DNA of 64,000 nucleotides, from contig OZ024742.1 in the NCBI GenBank assembly GCA_964016885.1, positions 75,268,001-75,332,000 of the forward strand, given 5' to 3'. The DNA comes from Eledone cirrhosa. Its lineage: Eukaryota. The notes beneath the pieces are model-generated. The model had not been told where the DNA came from, did not search any database, and saw nothing but the letters and a program-made list of their open reading frames with translations. A program made the translations under genes and the position numbers. Each line of letters starts with the position of its first letter. The first letter of the stretch is position 1. Shown piece by piece: positions 26,038 through 40,700 of this stretch.

Positions 26038-27249
26038 AACATACTAATATAAATGCGGTGTGGTGTTTTACGTGTATTAAGTAAAGTTAAACGCACCTAA
26101 ATATGTGATATCGAATGGAATGAATAAATAATGAGATAACCAGCTTCATGTGTTTCTCCTGATTGATGTTTTTTTTAGGTATATGAAAGCAACAATGTTC
26201 ATTTACTTAGACATGAATGAACAACAGCCCGTAGAAATCATAAACCAAAAAATAACTCATTTCTCTAAGAAATCAATTCTCATATTTCACAAAATGTGAA
26301 ATGAATTTAATCTACCATGCGAACCTGACACTAAATTCTACGAAAACATAAATTATATAATTACATCTTGTGAGTAATGCACACAGTCATATGTAATGTT
26401 GTTCTCGCCCTATGATATGGGAGTCATCAGCACCCTGTAAGTGAACAGGCATATGTATTTTAAAAATCCACAGCCTAACTGTAATAAAAGGCTACTGTAC
26501 TAGTAATGTGCACCTACTATCACCGGGAATGCTGCACTGTGTGGCGTAAGAACTGAATTATTGAGGAAGTAACAACGCTAATAATCTTAGCTATAATAAA
26601 GGAAGGTCTGCGGGATTGCATCCAGAATATATTTTTTTACCCCGTTTGTAAAATAAGTTGGATTACTTTGAATAAATAATGAATGAATATTACATAATTT
26701 ACGTGCTAAATTTTGTGGCTGTTGATTAAATATATTTTATAGCTTAATCTTTAAAATTCACTTCTTTAAAATTATCAAATGTCAACACTTCCGATTCGCG
26801 CCTTATTTCCGTCGCTAATTTTCTCCTAATGCAGTATATATATAATGTCGTCTTTTTAAAAAAATATATCATGGATTACTGATTATAGAAGACAGTGTAA
26901 CATAGTCTTTGTTCAATTTCTGTGTATATTGTCAGTTACGATTTCATTTGATGTATCATAATTACATGCATATATATTTGTGTATATACACATACTACAC
27001 ATGCTAGCAGAAAACCACCCGTCCGGTGGTTTTTCTGCTAGTAAATCTAATGAAAAACACGACAATTTAAGAGAAATAAACTGTTGGAGTATTTTGTTTG
27101 AAGTTATGTACGCGGCTAGCTGAGCTTGCGACGTGGTTTCGATTGTCGAATGCAAGCAATGAAATTTATTTAAGCGTGGAAAAAGGAATAAAAGTCAATT
27201 ACCGTCTATGGTAATGAAATGCGTTTGTTAATGAGGAAATCAATGACCT

Positions 27250-27520
27250 AGAAGGGTAAACTCTCCAAATATAGGTCGCTCTCCGACAGGTTTTCGGACG
27301 AGCCCGTAGCAGTGGAGACTTTTGGTTCTCTTGGCCCTTGGAACCCCCCCCCCCCCTACTCACTATTATCGAAACGGAGCTGGCTACCCGCAGGTTTGAG
27401 CCTCGCGAGCTGGAATATCTCTACCAACGCGTCTCATTCACCATCCGCCGGGGAAACACTTTCTCTATTCTGTCCGCGGGGACGCGCGGCGGCTAGCGTG
27501 TGCCCCCCCATTTGCTTATA
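27250..27520 (+). mobile_element. CRE-like RLE non-LTR retrotransposon 3' fragment
   Basis: KLSKYRSL..., PVAVETFGSLG..., EPRELEYLYQRVSFTIRRGNTFSIL resemble the K..KY / P.AVET.G / QR.S..IQRGNA C-terminus of CRE-type elements. Confidence 0.65.
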
Positions 27521-27817
27521 ATAGTGAGAGATGGGGGAGAGCGAGAGAGACGGAGGCAGTGACAATGGGAATTTTATTCTTTTATTTTCAGTCGTTGTTA
27601 GGAATTTTTTGTTTCAGTGTATATATGACACATACCCCCCCCCCCCCCGCGCACACATACATACACGCCCCGCGCGCATACACACACACATGTCACCCTC
27701 TATGTTTCTCATTTCTGTTATAAACATACTCCCGTTATTAAAACTGAAATTTGAGGAACATATTCTAAATGCACCCATTTTGGGGCTTAAGTTTTATTAT
27801 TTCAATGATGTTGCTAG

Positions 27818-28139
27818 TTACTTTACTTGAAAGTCTTGATAGAGCCATAGGGGAGCTGAAATGGTATACGGCGTTCCGTGGGCATTTGTAAACCTAGCAG
27901 AGCCAACTTCTCTCCAGGTCTTGACACAGCAGATTTCTTCCAGAGAAAAATAGAGAAAGTGAGGGAGAGGAAGTGAGAAAGAGATATAGATGATGAATCG
28001 ACCCCAGTAATTGACTGGTATTTTTTTTATAGACCTCGAAAGGATGAAAGACAACGTTGCTCACAAGAGAGCAGAGAACCAGAATGAATACCACAACCCA
28101 TAATATCCGACGTTCTAATAAATTTGCCTATTCGCCGCC
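27818..28139 (-). mobile_element. Old SINE (about 27990-28139) adjoining an RTE-like 3' tail
   Basis: The minus-strand core tctttcatcctttcgaggtctataaa...taccagt matches the insert at 41495. The tail ends in aagtaaagtaa. Confidence 0.6.
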
Positions 28140-28622
28140 AATTTTGCTATTATACATTGAGAAAAATATATTCCCAACTTCTTACAACCAACATCATTTT
28201 TTCGGTGTTTTCAGACAACACTTCATTGCTGTTTACTACTTATCCCAATGTTCTGAGTCAGTTGTGTTATTGCTTACTCATCGATGTTAGTCTTTATTTT
28301 TGTTACAATTCCTTTTTTGTATATCACAATTTCTCATGTACATACATTTTCTTTTCAGGTCAATGTATATATTTTACTTCTCCCATATCTACCTCTCCTC
28401 CTAACAATGAAGAGAATTAATCATCCAATGTTATTTTTTATACGTCAGGTATTGTTTAATTTTGTTTCACGATTCTCTTTCAATGAATTTTACTTTACGT
28501 TTCAGTGGGTCTTTTCAGATTTTCTCTCAGACGTTCCATTTTAGTTTTTAAATGTAGCTATACCATATTTTGTGATATATATATTTATCGCAAACTATGG
28601 TATATATGTGTGTGTGTGTGTA

Positions 28623-28701
<79 letters not shown>

Positions 28702-28711
28702 GGACACACAT

Positions 28712-28764
<53 letters not shown>

Positions 28765-28772
28765 CATATTAC

Positions 28773-28821
<49 letters not shown>

Positions 28822-30049
28822 GTATATATATGTCTATATCTGTTATTCAAATACAGAAGTGATTTTCTTCTTGTTTGTGATTTACTTCCTACTTTTCATG
28901 AAATCATTCTCATTAATTTGTTGTCGAATAGGGCCAATCTTCTTCAATGGTGCCCCAGTGTCTACAAAAATCCTAAGGAATATTTAATTTGAAGAAGAAT
29001 AATGTTAGCTCTCGGCTAATAATTCTATTATCTAAATGTTTTTAAAAGCATTAGTTAGATCTCATATCCTTAGTTGTTTTACATTTTTGTGTCTCATTAA
29101 CTATCTATATGACTTATGTATTGACCGTTTTCTCTGCCTATTGATATTTTGCAATATATCATTATCGTGATATTTCCTATATAATATATCAATGTGTAGT
29201 TTGCAAGTTGATTTGAGTTTCTTCCGAATATTTTTGACAATGTTGTTGATAAAATATAGGCTGACTGCAGAGAACACGTTTTCGAGCTACCTGTGATTAC
29301 TAAATTCTATTTTAGTACGAATGATACGGCTTTTCCTCACCACAAAACACGGCTACAACAAAAACTGTTTATTTAGTACGTAGGTAAAATTATTGTACAA
29401 ATTAGTCATTTTCCTTACAATACTACGATTGTTTAAGGAGGGATGATAGAATTGATAACAATTCCAGAATGTCAATATTACGTGAAGATTATTAAACATA
29501 ATCTTCATATCATATACAGGCAAAAATCCGTTATAACGAATACCATTATAACGAATTTCTCAGTATAACAGATGTTTTCAATCCGCGGCCACAAGCTTAT
29601 TAAAACAACGATAAATAATCTCATAACGAATTCATTACAACGAATATTTCATTACAACGAACGAATATTGAACCCCAAGCAGCCAACATTGCTCGCTACA
29701 ACGAAAACAAACATTTCTTTCCGACACACTTCTTCTCCCACCCATGTATGTGTGTGTTGTGTGAATGTATGTGTATTTATATTTATATATTCATACATAT
29801 AAATGTATACATATGCATATACACGAACACATACCCAATTGCAATGGATTTTCAAAATTAAGAATTTTACAGAAACCCACGACCATTGTTAAAGGCTGTA
29901 GTCACAACATGGGTTATAAAATACTGTTGGTTATAAAGCACTAGTTATTAACTTCCGGGACCCCGGCTAGAGATTCATCCCTTTAGAGTTGGGTTTAACG
30001 ACTACGAAGCCGATTCGAAAATTATTCAAAAGAACATATCTGAAACGCA

Positions 30050-30178
<129 letters not shown>

Positions 30179-30190
30179 CACACACACCCA

Positions 30191-30228
<38 letters not shown>

Positions 30229-30231
30229 TAG

Positions 30232-30264
<33 letters not shown>

Positions 30265-30338
30265 ATCAGAATGGAGTTGGTAAAACGAGTTAGACCATTA
30301 ATCACCGGAGTACTTGGGGTATTAGAGTGGGTAACATG

Positions 30339-30452
30339 AAAACATTCGGGACCCCGACAGTTGAGATCCGGCCGATTGAACAGCTAGATCTAAACCGTTC
30401 AGATCTAGCTGTTGAAACGGCCGGAGCTCAGCCTTCGGGGTCCCGAATTTTT
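30339..30452. repeat. GC-rich palindrome (arms about 55 bp) made of two hammerhead 3' halves
   Basis: ttcgggacccc..tccggccg..aacagctagatct | agatctagctgtt-GAAA-cggccgga..ggggtcccgaa. Confidence 0.8.
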
Positions 30453-30586
30453 CTTATATATATATAATTATTATAACATAAAATACATAACTAAAAAATT
30501 CAAAGTTTATCAGGGCTTTTTACGCAAAATTATAATATGACAGAAAAAAACAAACGAAGGAAACATATTTGAACATATTTGAAATG

Positions 30587-30899
30587 CAGTTGTCTCCTGT
30601 TATTCTTGGGGGTTACGTTCCTAGAGCACCCGCGAAGATTGAAAATCCGCAAATATTGGACGTGGTCCATAAAAATTTCTATAAACGTCAAAACATAACG
30701 TTAAATATAGGCCTGCAAATACGATATATTGATATTAATAATTTAGCGTTAAAAAGCTATAAATAAACATATATTGCCACGAAACAAGCCATAAAAAAAT
30801 CGCGGAAGGTATTTACGATTCTGCGAATATGCGGTAGTTTCCTCGAACAGTTATTAGTTAGGTTATAAGGAAAATTCCGCGAATGCCGGAGGTACATTG
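30587..30899. mobile_element. Tigger-like MITE nested in the 29517-31091 element
   Basis: Degenerate TIRs cagttgtctcctgttattcttggggg / ccgcgaatgccggaggtacattg-TA, with internal ccgcga motifs. Confidence 0.5.
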
Positions 30900-31239
30900 T
30901 ATATATTTATACTTTATTGCAGGATACAGTCATATTGCTGATATGTTTTCATTCATTTATTGTTTAATTTTTAAATACGAGGTAATAACAAACAAACACT
31001 CGATTTGTTTCGGTCGATCTCGTTATACAGAATTTTTCGTTACAACGAATTTTTTATGCCCCGTGAATTTCGTTATAACGGAATTTTACTGTAATTTAGT
31101 TGAGAAGTGTTTTGTACGTTTCTTTAAATGCAAGCAATTATATATGTCTCAGTCAAAAACAAGGACGCAATAACTGCAGTGAAATTCTAGACCTAGCTTA
31201 GAAAGTAAAGTACCAGACATTTTACTCTCTCTACGAATC

Positions 31240-33050
31240 TTTAGAGGTTACTCCGTAGCCGTTTTACAAATCGAGACATATTGGGCGACTGACACCACTT
31301 CGAACATGGTTGCGCATGTCAATCCAGTTCATGAAGATTATGAACAGGGGAGGTTACAGTGGGCACCCTTGGTGGAGTCCGACAAACACATTGAATGGTT
31401 TTGTCTTAGCACATTTTATCCGAACACAACAATTGGAGCATTTATATAAAGACTTCTGCTATAATAGGTTCAGTGGAACATATGCTGTATCGAGGTCTAC
31501 AATACAAGCATACATGTCTTGGAAATACTCTCACGATTTCCTGAAGACCTTCCGCAGTGCAAATATTTGGTCACCTGAGCTGCACCCAGGAAAAAAACCA
31601 CACTATTCGTCAGCTAGCTTGGACTCGACAATATCATACATTTCTTTGCTAGTCACTGAGCTTTACTGGGAAGGCTTAACAAGGAGATCCCTCTACAAAT
31701 GAAGCAATCTTTCTTGTGTCTGTTTTTTGAAAATTGGGATTATGACTCCCGATTGCCATTGTTTGGTGCCTTTCCAGAGATCCAGGCCTCCCAGCACACA
31801 CATGCCAGTCACATATTTTCTTTGTTTAAGGCTTTTAACATCTCGGACCGAATTTTATCTTCCCCAGATGCGTTGCCACATTTGAGCCCTTTAAATGCTT
31901 TGGTGACCTCAGCCTCCGAGAGTTTGGTCATCAGTCATAGATGCATGTTATGTACATCAAATATTGTAATCGGGTTTAGGAACTCAGCAAAGTATAGCAC
32001 CTTTCTGAAGAGAGGAGAACCCCAGACGATTTTCTGATAGCAGGCGTGAAGGAGGACTTCTTAATACTGGATTGTTTGCCAGAATACTTTATCTGCTGAT
32101 CTGTCAGATTTCAGTTTAACACAAAAGTTCTACTGTGACGCAACTTTGGAAGCCTTTGCTGTTTCTGTTGCGACGTTTCGTGCCTGCTTGTACCCTAAGT
32201 GCAAGAAGGAGGACTTATTTCGAAGCCAAGCTTTGTAAGCCTTTTTCTTTGCTCGGATGGCATCTTTAACTTCCTGACCGAACAAAGAAGTCATCTTCCC
32301 ACCCGGCGTCACACCAAACCACTTTCATCCGCATCATTTAACAGGTGAAACAGAATCTGTCATTCGCTCTGGGAGTACTCTGAATTCGGATCTGCTTCTT
32401 CAATGCGTTATTGAATACTTTGCACCTACGACTCCCCCAGCAATAAGGGGTGAAGATGTTATTTATGTTAGAAAAGAGGCCTGATTTAGTATATATATGC
32501 ATGAAGAAACGAAATTATTTGGAAGTCCATCGGATGGAAAGTACCCGTAATTCAAAAGGCCAGCATATCACACAAAGGATCGCACTGTATTTCCCCGAGA
32601 ATTATGCTAAGTTAGAAGTGTCTATGGAATGCTCAGCTACTTACACGTTAATTTCATCAAAAAGTTGTTCCGTTGATCAAACAACTAGAATACCCATCGT
32701 CGAAACCAACAGATGTCCAGTCGATTTGTATCTCTGTAAATGTACACTTCCTGATGAAAACAGAGTTCTATAGTATCGGAGCTGTGATCTCTCAATTCGG
32801 AGAAGTGTCGGATCTAATTGGAACGACACTCGGATCTTCAAGTAACATTACTCCAAACACTTTCGGAGGAACCCCAATTCTTGCACTTAATTTAGCCTCC
32901 ATCCTTCCATCCCTCGTGAACAAGGCCCCGAGATACTTGAACGTCTCCACCTGCCCTACTCGTCCACTCATAAAAGCCTACTCAGTGCACTCACATTTAA
33001 AGTGCACAGAGCAGACTTTCATCAGAGGACGAGTGTCTCAGTTCCTGCAG
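31240..33050 (-). mobile_element. RTE-clade LINE fragments
   Basis: EVKDAIRAKKKAYKAWL, GEDKIRSEMLKAL, DQIFALR, CIVDLDTAY and VGLHQGCPL in 31240-32345. A separate piece, QVETFKYLG, lies near 32920-32955. Confidence 0.8.
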
Positions 33051-33984
33051 CACGAAATGTAAAGTATTTATGTAATTTAGTCAATTGAAAGCTTCAACAG
33101 CTACTATTCATATTTCCGACCCCAAATAGGTAGTTTGTCAGGCCACCACAGTGCAATAAAACTAGGAACAAAGGGAAGCAATTTAAAATGAGGATGGATG
33201 AAATAACATTATGAACTGGCATTGTCACAATAGTTATCACACAAGCATTCCATACTTAACATAAGTGGCGTCAATCTTGAAAGATCCGAGAAATATATCC
33301 AGCATCCAAATCAGTATATACAGAAGGGAATTTAAAAGAAAATGTCGAATATGTAATAGGCAATTCAAAATCGAAGCTATATAACTAATAAAATATCGGC
33401 GTGGGTGATGGTTTTCGCATACTGGTATTACTAAGAATTCAGCTGTATTCAGAATTTGTATATTCACGCACGATTAATAATGTAAAACCTATCTTACGGC
33501 TAATAACCCAATCTCTATTTAATGACAAATAAATACAAGAACATTGTTGTGCAAGAGAGAGAGAGTCGTTTGTTAAGGCAGTTTTGTAAACCTACTCCAA
33601 TACTGGCAGAATTGTTGTTACTTACAGGGCCTCCATCTATTAATGAAACATACACACACAAATAATAAACTAAAATAAATACATTACCACTATTAGATAC
33701 AAATACAGGGGGGGGGGGGGGGGGCTACGTTTTCCGTGTATCAGCAGAAAGGTTCGTCATAGATTAATACTTTATCATGCAAAATGGAATGTTCAATGCT
33801 TCACATTAGCCAATGGTTTTTGTCCCCGGTAAAAGCTTCTGCGAATTGACGTAGTAGATAAATTGTGGAGGTAAAATATATGATCTTAACAATGATGAGT
33901 GTGTTAAGTTAGCAGGGAGCACGGAGTCTGCTGCTATGTTTACTAGATAATATTTAGATTTGGTTAGGTTGGTTTATAATTTAG

Positions 33985-34165
33985 GTATGAGTGTGTTTTA
34001 ATGAATGAGTGTATGAATGAATATATGATTTTATGTGTGTATGAATGTGTGATTATATCTGTGTATTAACGTGTGTATGAATGTGTGATTATATGTGTGT
34101 ATTAATGAATGTGTGATTGTGTTTGTGTATGAATGAATGTCTGATTGTATGTGTGTATGAATAGG
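33985..34165. repeat. Degenerate TGAATG/TGTG simple repeat
   Basis: Recurrent gtgtatgaatgtgtgatt units. Confidence 0.6.
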
Positions 34166-34727
34166 GGAAGTGTAATATTTTAAAGTATGATGTACACGTA
34201 TGAAAGGATGTCTTTATATTGGTACAACAGATTATGTGTACCCAGTGAATGTACATATGACTGTGCGTGAGGAATGTTATGAGATTGAATTTCAAAGTTC
34301 CTGAAACATAGGCTACAAATGAGTTCAAGTTTCTAGCTGTACTGATAAATTATGCATTTATCACTGGCATTTAGTGCCCTTCTCTCATTCTTTAGCAGTA
34401 AGATAAAATCTTCACACACACAGGTAAACATGAGGGAAAATATATAATCAGAGAAGACATTACAAGTGGCATTCCAAGGAACTACGGGAGAAGTTGTTAG
34501 TGTAGAATCCTGGGGTCACACCTATGGGTACAGGCGCAGTAGAGAGGAGTACGTCAGGTTGCTGATGCGCCTCCACCTAGCACCGAGGAGTAGATTCTAT
34601 CCTAATGGTAGTGCTAGGAAATGCAATGTCAGGAGACAAGTTTGAACATGAGATGTAGACATATATTGCTGAGTGAATCTGGATAAGTCAGTGGGGGAGC
34701 TTTATTGTCTAATGCGTTATTATCCGT

Positions 34728-37700
34728 AATATTTACACCAAGTCACACAAGACGTTAGAATTGACACCACGTCACACAAGACACTAATATTTCCACCACG
34801 TCACACAAGACACTAATATTTACACCACGTCACACAAGTCACCAGTATTACACCACGTCACACAAGACACTAGTATTTACACCACGTCACACACGACACC
34901 AATATTTACACTACGTCACACAAGACACTAGTATTTATACAGCATCACACAAAACACCAGTATTTACACCACGTCACACAAGCCACCAATATTTACACCA
35001 CGTCACACAGGACACTAATATATACACCACGTCACACAAGACACTGGTATTTACACCAAGTCACACACGACACTAGTATTAACACCACATCACACAGGAC
35101 ACCAGTATTAACACCAGGTCACAGAATACACCAGTATTAACACCACGTCACACAAGATACCAGTATTTACACCAGGTCAAACAAGACCTCAATATGCACA
35201 CTACGTCACACAAGACACTAGCATTTACACCACGTCACACAAGACACCCATATTTACACCACGTCACACAAGACACTAGCATAAACACCACGTCACACAA
35301 GCCACCAGTATTAACACCACGTCACACAAGACACTAGCATTTACACCACGTGACAGAAGACACCCATATTTACACCACGTCACAGAAGACACCAGTATTT
35401 ACATCACGTCACACAAGACACTAGTATTTACACCACGTCACATAAGACACTAGTATTTACATCACTTCACACAAGACACCAATATTTACACCACGTCACA
35501 CATGACACTAGTATTTACACCACGTCACACAAGACACTAGTATTTACACCACGTGACACAAGACACCAGTATTAACACCACGTCACACTAGACACCAGTA
35601 TTAACACCACGTGACACAAGACACTAGTATTTACACCACGTCACACAAGACACCAGTATTAACCCCACGTCACACAAGACACCAGTATTACACCACGTCA
35701 CACAAGACACCAGTATTAACACCACGTCACACAATACACTAGTATTTACACCAGGTGACACAAGACCCCAATATTTACACTACGTCACACAAGACACTAG
35801 CATTTACACCACGTCACACAAGACACCCATATTTACACCACGTCACACATGACACTAGCATAAACACCACGGCACACAAGACACAAATATTTAAACCATG
35901 TCACACAAGACACTAGTATTTACACCACATCACACAAGCCACCAGTTTTAACACCACGTCACACAAGACACTAGCATTTACACCACGTGACAGAAGACAC
36001 CCATATTTACAACACGTCACAGAAGACACCAGTATTTCACCACGTCACACAAGACACCATTATTTACACCATGTCACACAAGACACTAGTATTTACACCA
36101 CGTCGCACAAGACACCAATATTAACACCATGTCACACAAGACACTGGTATTTACACCACGTCACACAAGACACTAGTATTTACACCACGTCACACAAGAC
36201 ACTAGTATTTACTCCACTTCACACAAGACACCAGTATTAACACCACGTCACACAAGACACCAGTATTACACCACGTCACACAAGACACCAGTATTACACC
36301 ACTTCACACAAGACACCATATTACACCACGTCAGAAAAGACACCAGTATTAACACCACGTCACACAAGACACCTGTATTTACACAACGTCACGCAAGACA
36401 CTAGTATTTACACAAAATCACACAAGACACCAACATTTAGACCACGTCACACAAGACACTAGTATTTACACCACGTCACACAAGACACCAATATTTACAC
36501 AACGTCACACAATACACTAGTATTTACACCACGTCACACAAGACACCAGTATTAACCCCACGTCACACAAGACACCAGTATTACACCACGTCACACAATA
36601 CACTAGTATTTACACCACGTCACACAGGATACCAATATTTACACCACGTCACACAAGACACCAGTATTAACACCACGTCACACTAGACACCAGTATTAAC
36701 ACCACGTCACACAAGACACTAGTATTTACACCACGTCACAGAAGACACCAGTATTACACCACGTCACACAAGACATTAGTTTTTACACCACATCACAGAA
36801 TACACCAGTATTTACAATACGTCACACAAGACACTAGCATTTGCACCACGTCACACAAGACACCAATATTTACACCATGTCACACAAGACACTAGTATTT
36901 ACACCACGTCGCACAAGACACCAATATTAACACCATGTCACACAAGACACTGGTATTTACACCACGTCACCCACGACACTACCATTTACACCACGTCACA
37001 CAAGACACCCATATTTACACCACGTCACACATGACACTAGCATAAACACCACGTCACACAAGACACCAGTATTAACACCACGTCACACTAGACACCAGTA
37101 TTAACACCACGTCACACAAGACACTAGTATTTACACCACGTCACAGAAGACACCAGTATTACACCACGTCACACAAGACACTAGCATTTACACCACGTGA
37201 CAGAAGACACCCATATTTACAACACGTCACAGAAGACACCAGTATTTCACCACGTCACACAAGACACCAATATTTACACCATGTCACACAAGACACTAGT
37301 ATTTACACCACGTCGCACAAGACACCACTATTAACACCATGTCACACAAGACACTGGTATTTACACCACGTCACACAAGACACTAGTATTTACACCACGT
37401 CACACAAGACACTAGTATTTACTCCACTTCACACAAGACACCAGTATTAACACCACGTCACACAAGACACTGGTATTTACACCACGTCACACAAGACACT
37501 AGTATTTACACCACGTCACACAAGACACTAGTATTTACTCCACTTCACACAAGACACCAGTATTAACACCACGTCACACAAGACACCAGTATTACACCAC
37601 GTCACACAAGACACCAGTATTACACCACTTCACACATGACACCAATATTTACACCACGTCACACAAGACACCAGTATTACATCACGTCACACAAGACACC

Positions 37701-40700
37701 AGCATTAGCACCACGTCACACAAGACACCAGTATTACACCACGTCACACAAGACACCAGTATTACACCACTTCACACAAGACACCATATTACACCACGTC
37801 AGAAAAGACACCAGTATTAACACCACGTCACACAAGACACCAGTATTTACACAACGTCACGCAAGACACTAGTATTTACACAAAATCACACAAGACACCA
37901 ACATTTAGACCACGTCACACAAGACACTAGTATTTACACCACGTTACACAATACACCAATATTTACACAACGTCACACAATTCACTAGTATTTACACCAC
38001 GTCACACAAGACACCAGTATTAACTCCACGTCACACAAGACACCAGTATTACACCACGTCACACAAGACACTAGTATTTACACCACGTCACACAGGATAC
38101 CAATATTTACACCACGTCACACAAGACACCAGTATTAACACCACGTCACACTAGACACCAGTATTAACACCACGTCACACAAGACACCAGTATTACATCA
38201 CGTCACACAAGACACCAGCATTAACACCACGTCAGAAAAGACACCAGTATTAACAGCACGTCACACAAGACGCCAGTATTTACACTACGTCACGCAAGAC
38301 ACTAGTATTTACACAAAATCACACAAGACACCAACATTTAGACCACGTCACACAAGACACTAGTATTTACACCACGTTACACAAGACACCAATATTTACA
38401 CAACGTCACACAATACACTAGTATTTACACCACGTCACACAAGACACCAGTATTAACCCTACGTCACACAAGACACCAGAATTACACCACGTCACACAAG
38501 ACACTAGTATTTACACCACGTCACACAGGATACCAATATTTACACCACGTCACACAAGACACCAGCATTAACACCACGTCACACTAGACACCAGTATTAA
38601 CACCACGTCACACAAGACACCAGTATTACATCACGTCACACAAGACACCAGCATTAACACCACGTCAGAAAAGACACCAGTATTAACACCACGTCACACA
38701 AGACGCCAGTATTTACACTACATCACGCAAGACACTAGTATTTACACAAAATCACACAAGACACCAACATTTAGACCACGTCACACAAGACACTAGTATT
38801 TACACCACGTCACACAAGATAGCAATATTTACACAACGTCACACAATACACTAGTATTTACACCACGTCACACAAGACACTAGTATTTACACCACGTCAC
38901 ACAAGACACCAGTATTAACCCCACGTCACACAATACACCAGTATTACACCACGTCACACAAGACACTAGTATTTACACCACGTCACACAGGATACCAATA
39001 TTTACACCACGTCACACATCACACTAGTATTTACACCACGTCACACAAGACACCAATATTTAGACCACGTCACACAAGTCACCAGTATTTACACCACGTC
39101 ACACAATACACCAGTATTAACACCACATCATACAAGACACCAGTATTACACCACAATACGCAATACACTAGTATTTACACCACGTCACACAGGATACCAA
39201 TATTTACACCACGTCATACAAGACACCAGTATTAACACCACGTCACACTAGACACCAGTATTAACACCACGTCACACAAGACACTAGTATTTACACCACG
39301 TCACAGAAGACACCAGTATTACACCACGTCACACAAGACATTAGTTTTTACACCACATCACAGAATACACCAGTATTTACAATACGTCACACAAGACACT
39401 AGCATTTGCACCACGTCACTCAAGACACCAATATTTACACCATGTCACACAAGACACTAGTATTTACACCACGTCGCACAAGACACCAATATTAACACCA
39501 TGTCACACAAGACACTGGTATTTACACCACGTCACCCACGACACTACCATTTACACCACGTCACACAAGACACCCATATTTATACCACGTCACACATGAC
39601 ACTAGCATAAACACCACGTCACACAAGACACCAGTATTAACACCACGTCTCACTAGACACCAGTATTAATACCACGTCACACAAGACACTAGTATTTACA
39701 CCACGTCACAGAAGACACCAGTATTACACCACGTCACACAAGACACTAGCATTTACACCACGTGACAGAAGACACCCATATTTACAACACGTCACAGAAG
39801 ACACCAGTATTTCACCACGTCACACAAGACACCAATATTTACACAATGTCACACAAGACACTAGAATTTACACCACGTCGCACAAGACACCAATATTAAC
39901 ACCATGTCAAACAAGACACTGGTATTTACACCACGTCACACAAGACACTAGTATTTACACCACGTCACACAAGACACTAGTATTTACTCCACTTCACACC
40001 AGACACCAGTATTAACACCACGTCACACAAGACACTGGTATTTACACCACGTCACACAAGACACTAGTATTTACATCACGTCACACAAGACACTAGTATT
40101 TACTCCACTTCACACAAGACACCAGTATTAACACCACGTCACACAAGACACCAGTATTACACCACGTCACACAAGACACCAGTATTACACCACTTCACAC
40201 AAGACACCATATTACACCACGTCAGAAAAGACACCAGTATTAACACCACGTCACACAAGACGCCAGTATTTACACTACGTCACGCAAGACACTAGTATTT
40301 ACACAAAATCACACAAGACACCAACATTTAGACCACGTCACACAAGACACTAGTATTTACACCACGTTACACAATACACCAATATTTACACAACGTCACA
40401 CAATACACTAGTATTTACACCACGTCACACAAGACACTAGTATTAACCCCACGTCACACAAGACACCAGTATTACACCACGTCACACAAGACACTAGTAT
40501 TTACACCACGTCACACAGGATACCAATATTTACACCACGTCACACAAGACACCAGTATTAACACCACGTCACACTAGACACCAGTATTAACACCACGTCA
40601 CACAAGACACCAATATTACATCACGTCACACAAGACACCAGCATTAACACCACGTCAGAAAAGACACCAGTATTAACACCACGTCACACAAGACGCCAGT

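Noticed and set aside
26360-26437. Minus-strand CTGATGA...ccc/ggg...GAGA hammerhead-like string
   Set aside because: GAAA is broken and stems I and III are unconvincing. At most a heavily decayed relic.
32450-34700. Possible host exons
   Set aside because: No recognisable protein motifs or supportable splice structure. Short exons cannot be excluded without RNA-seq.
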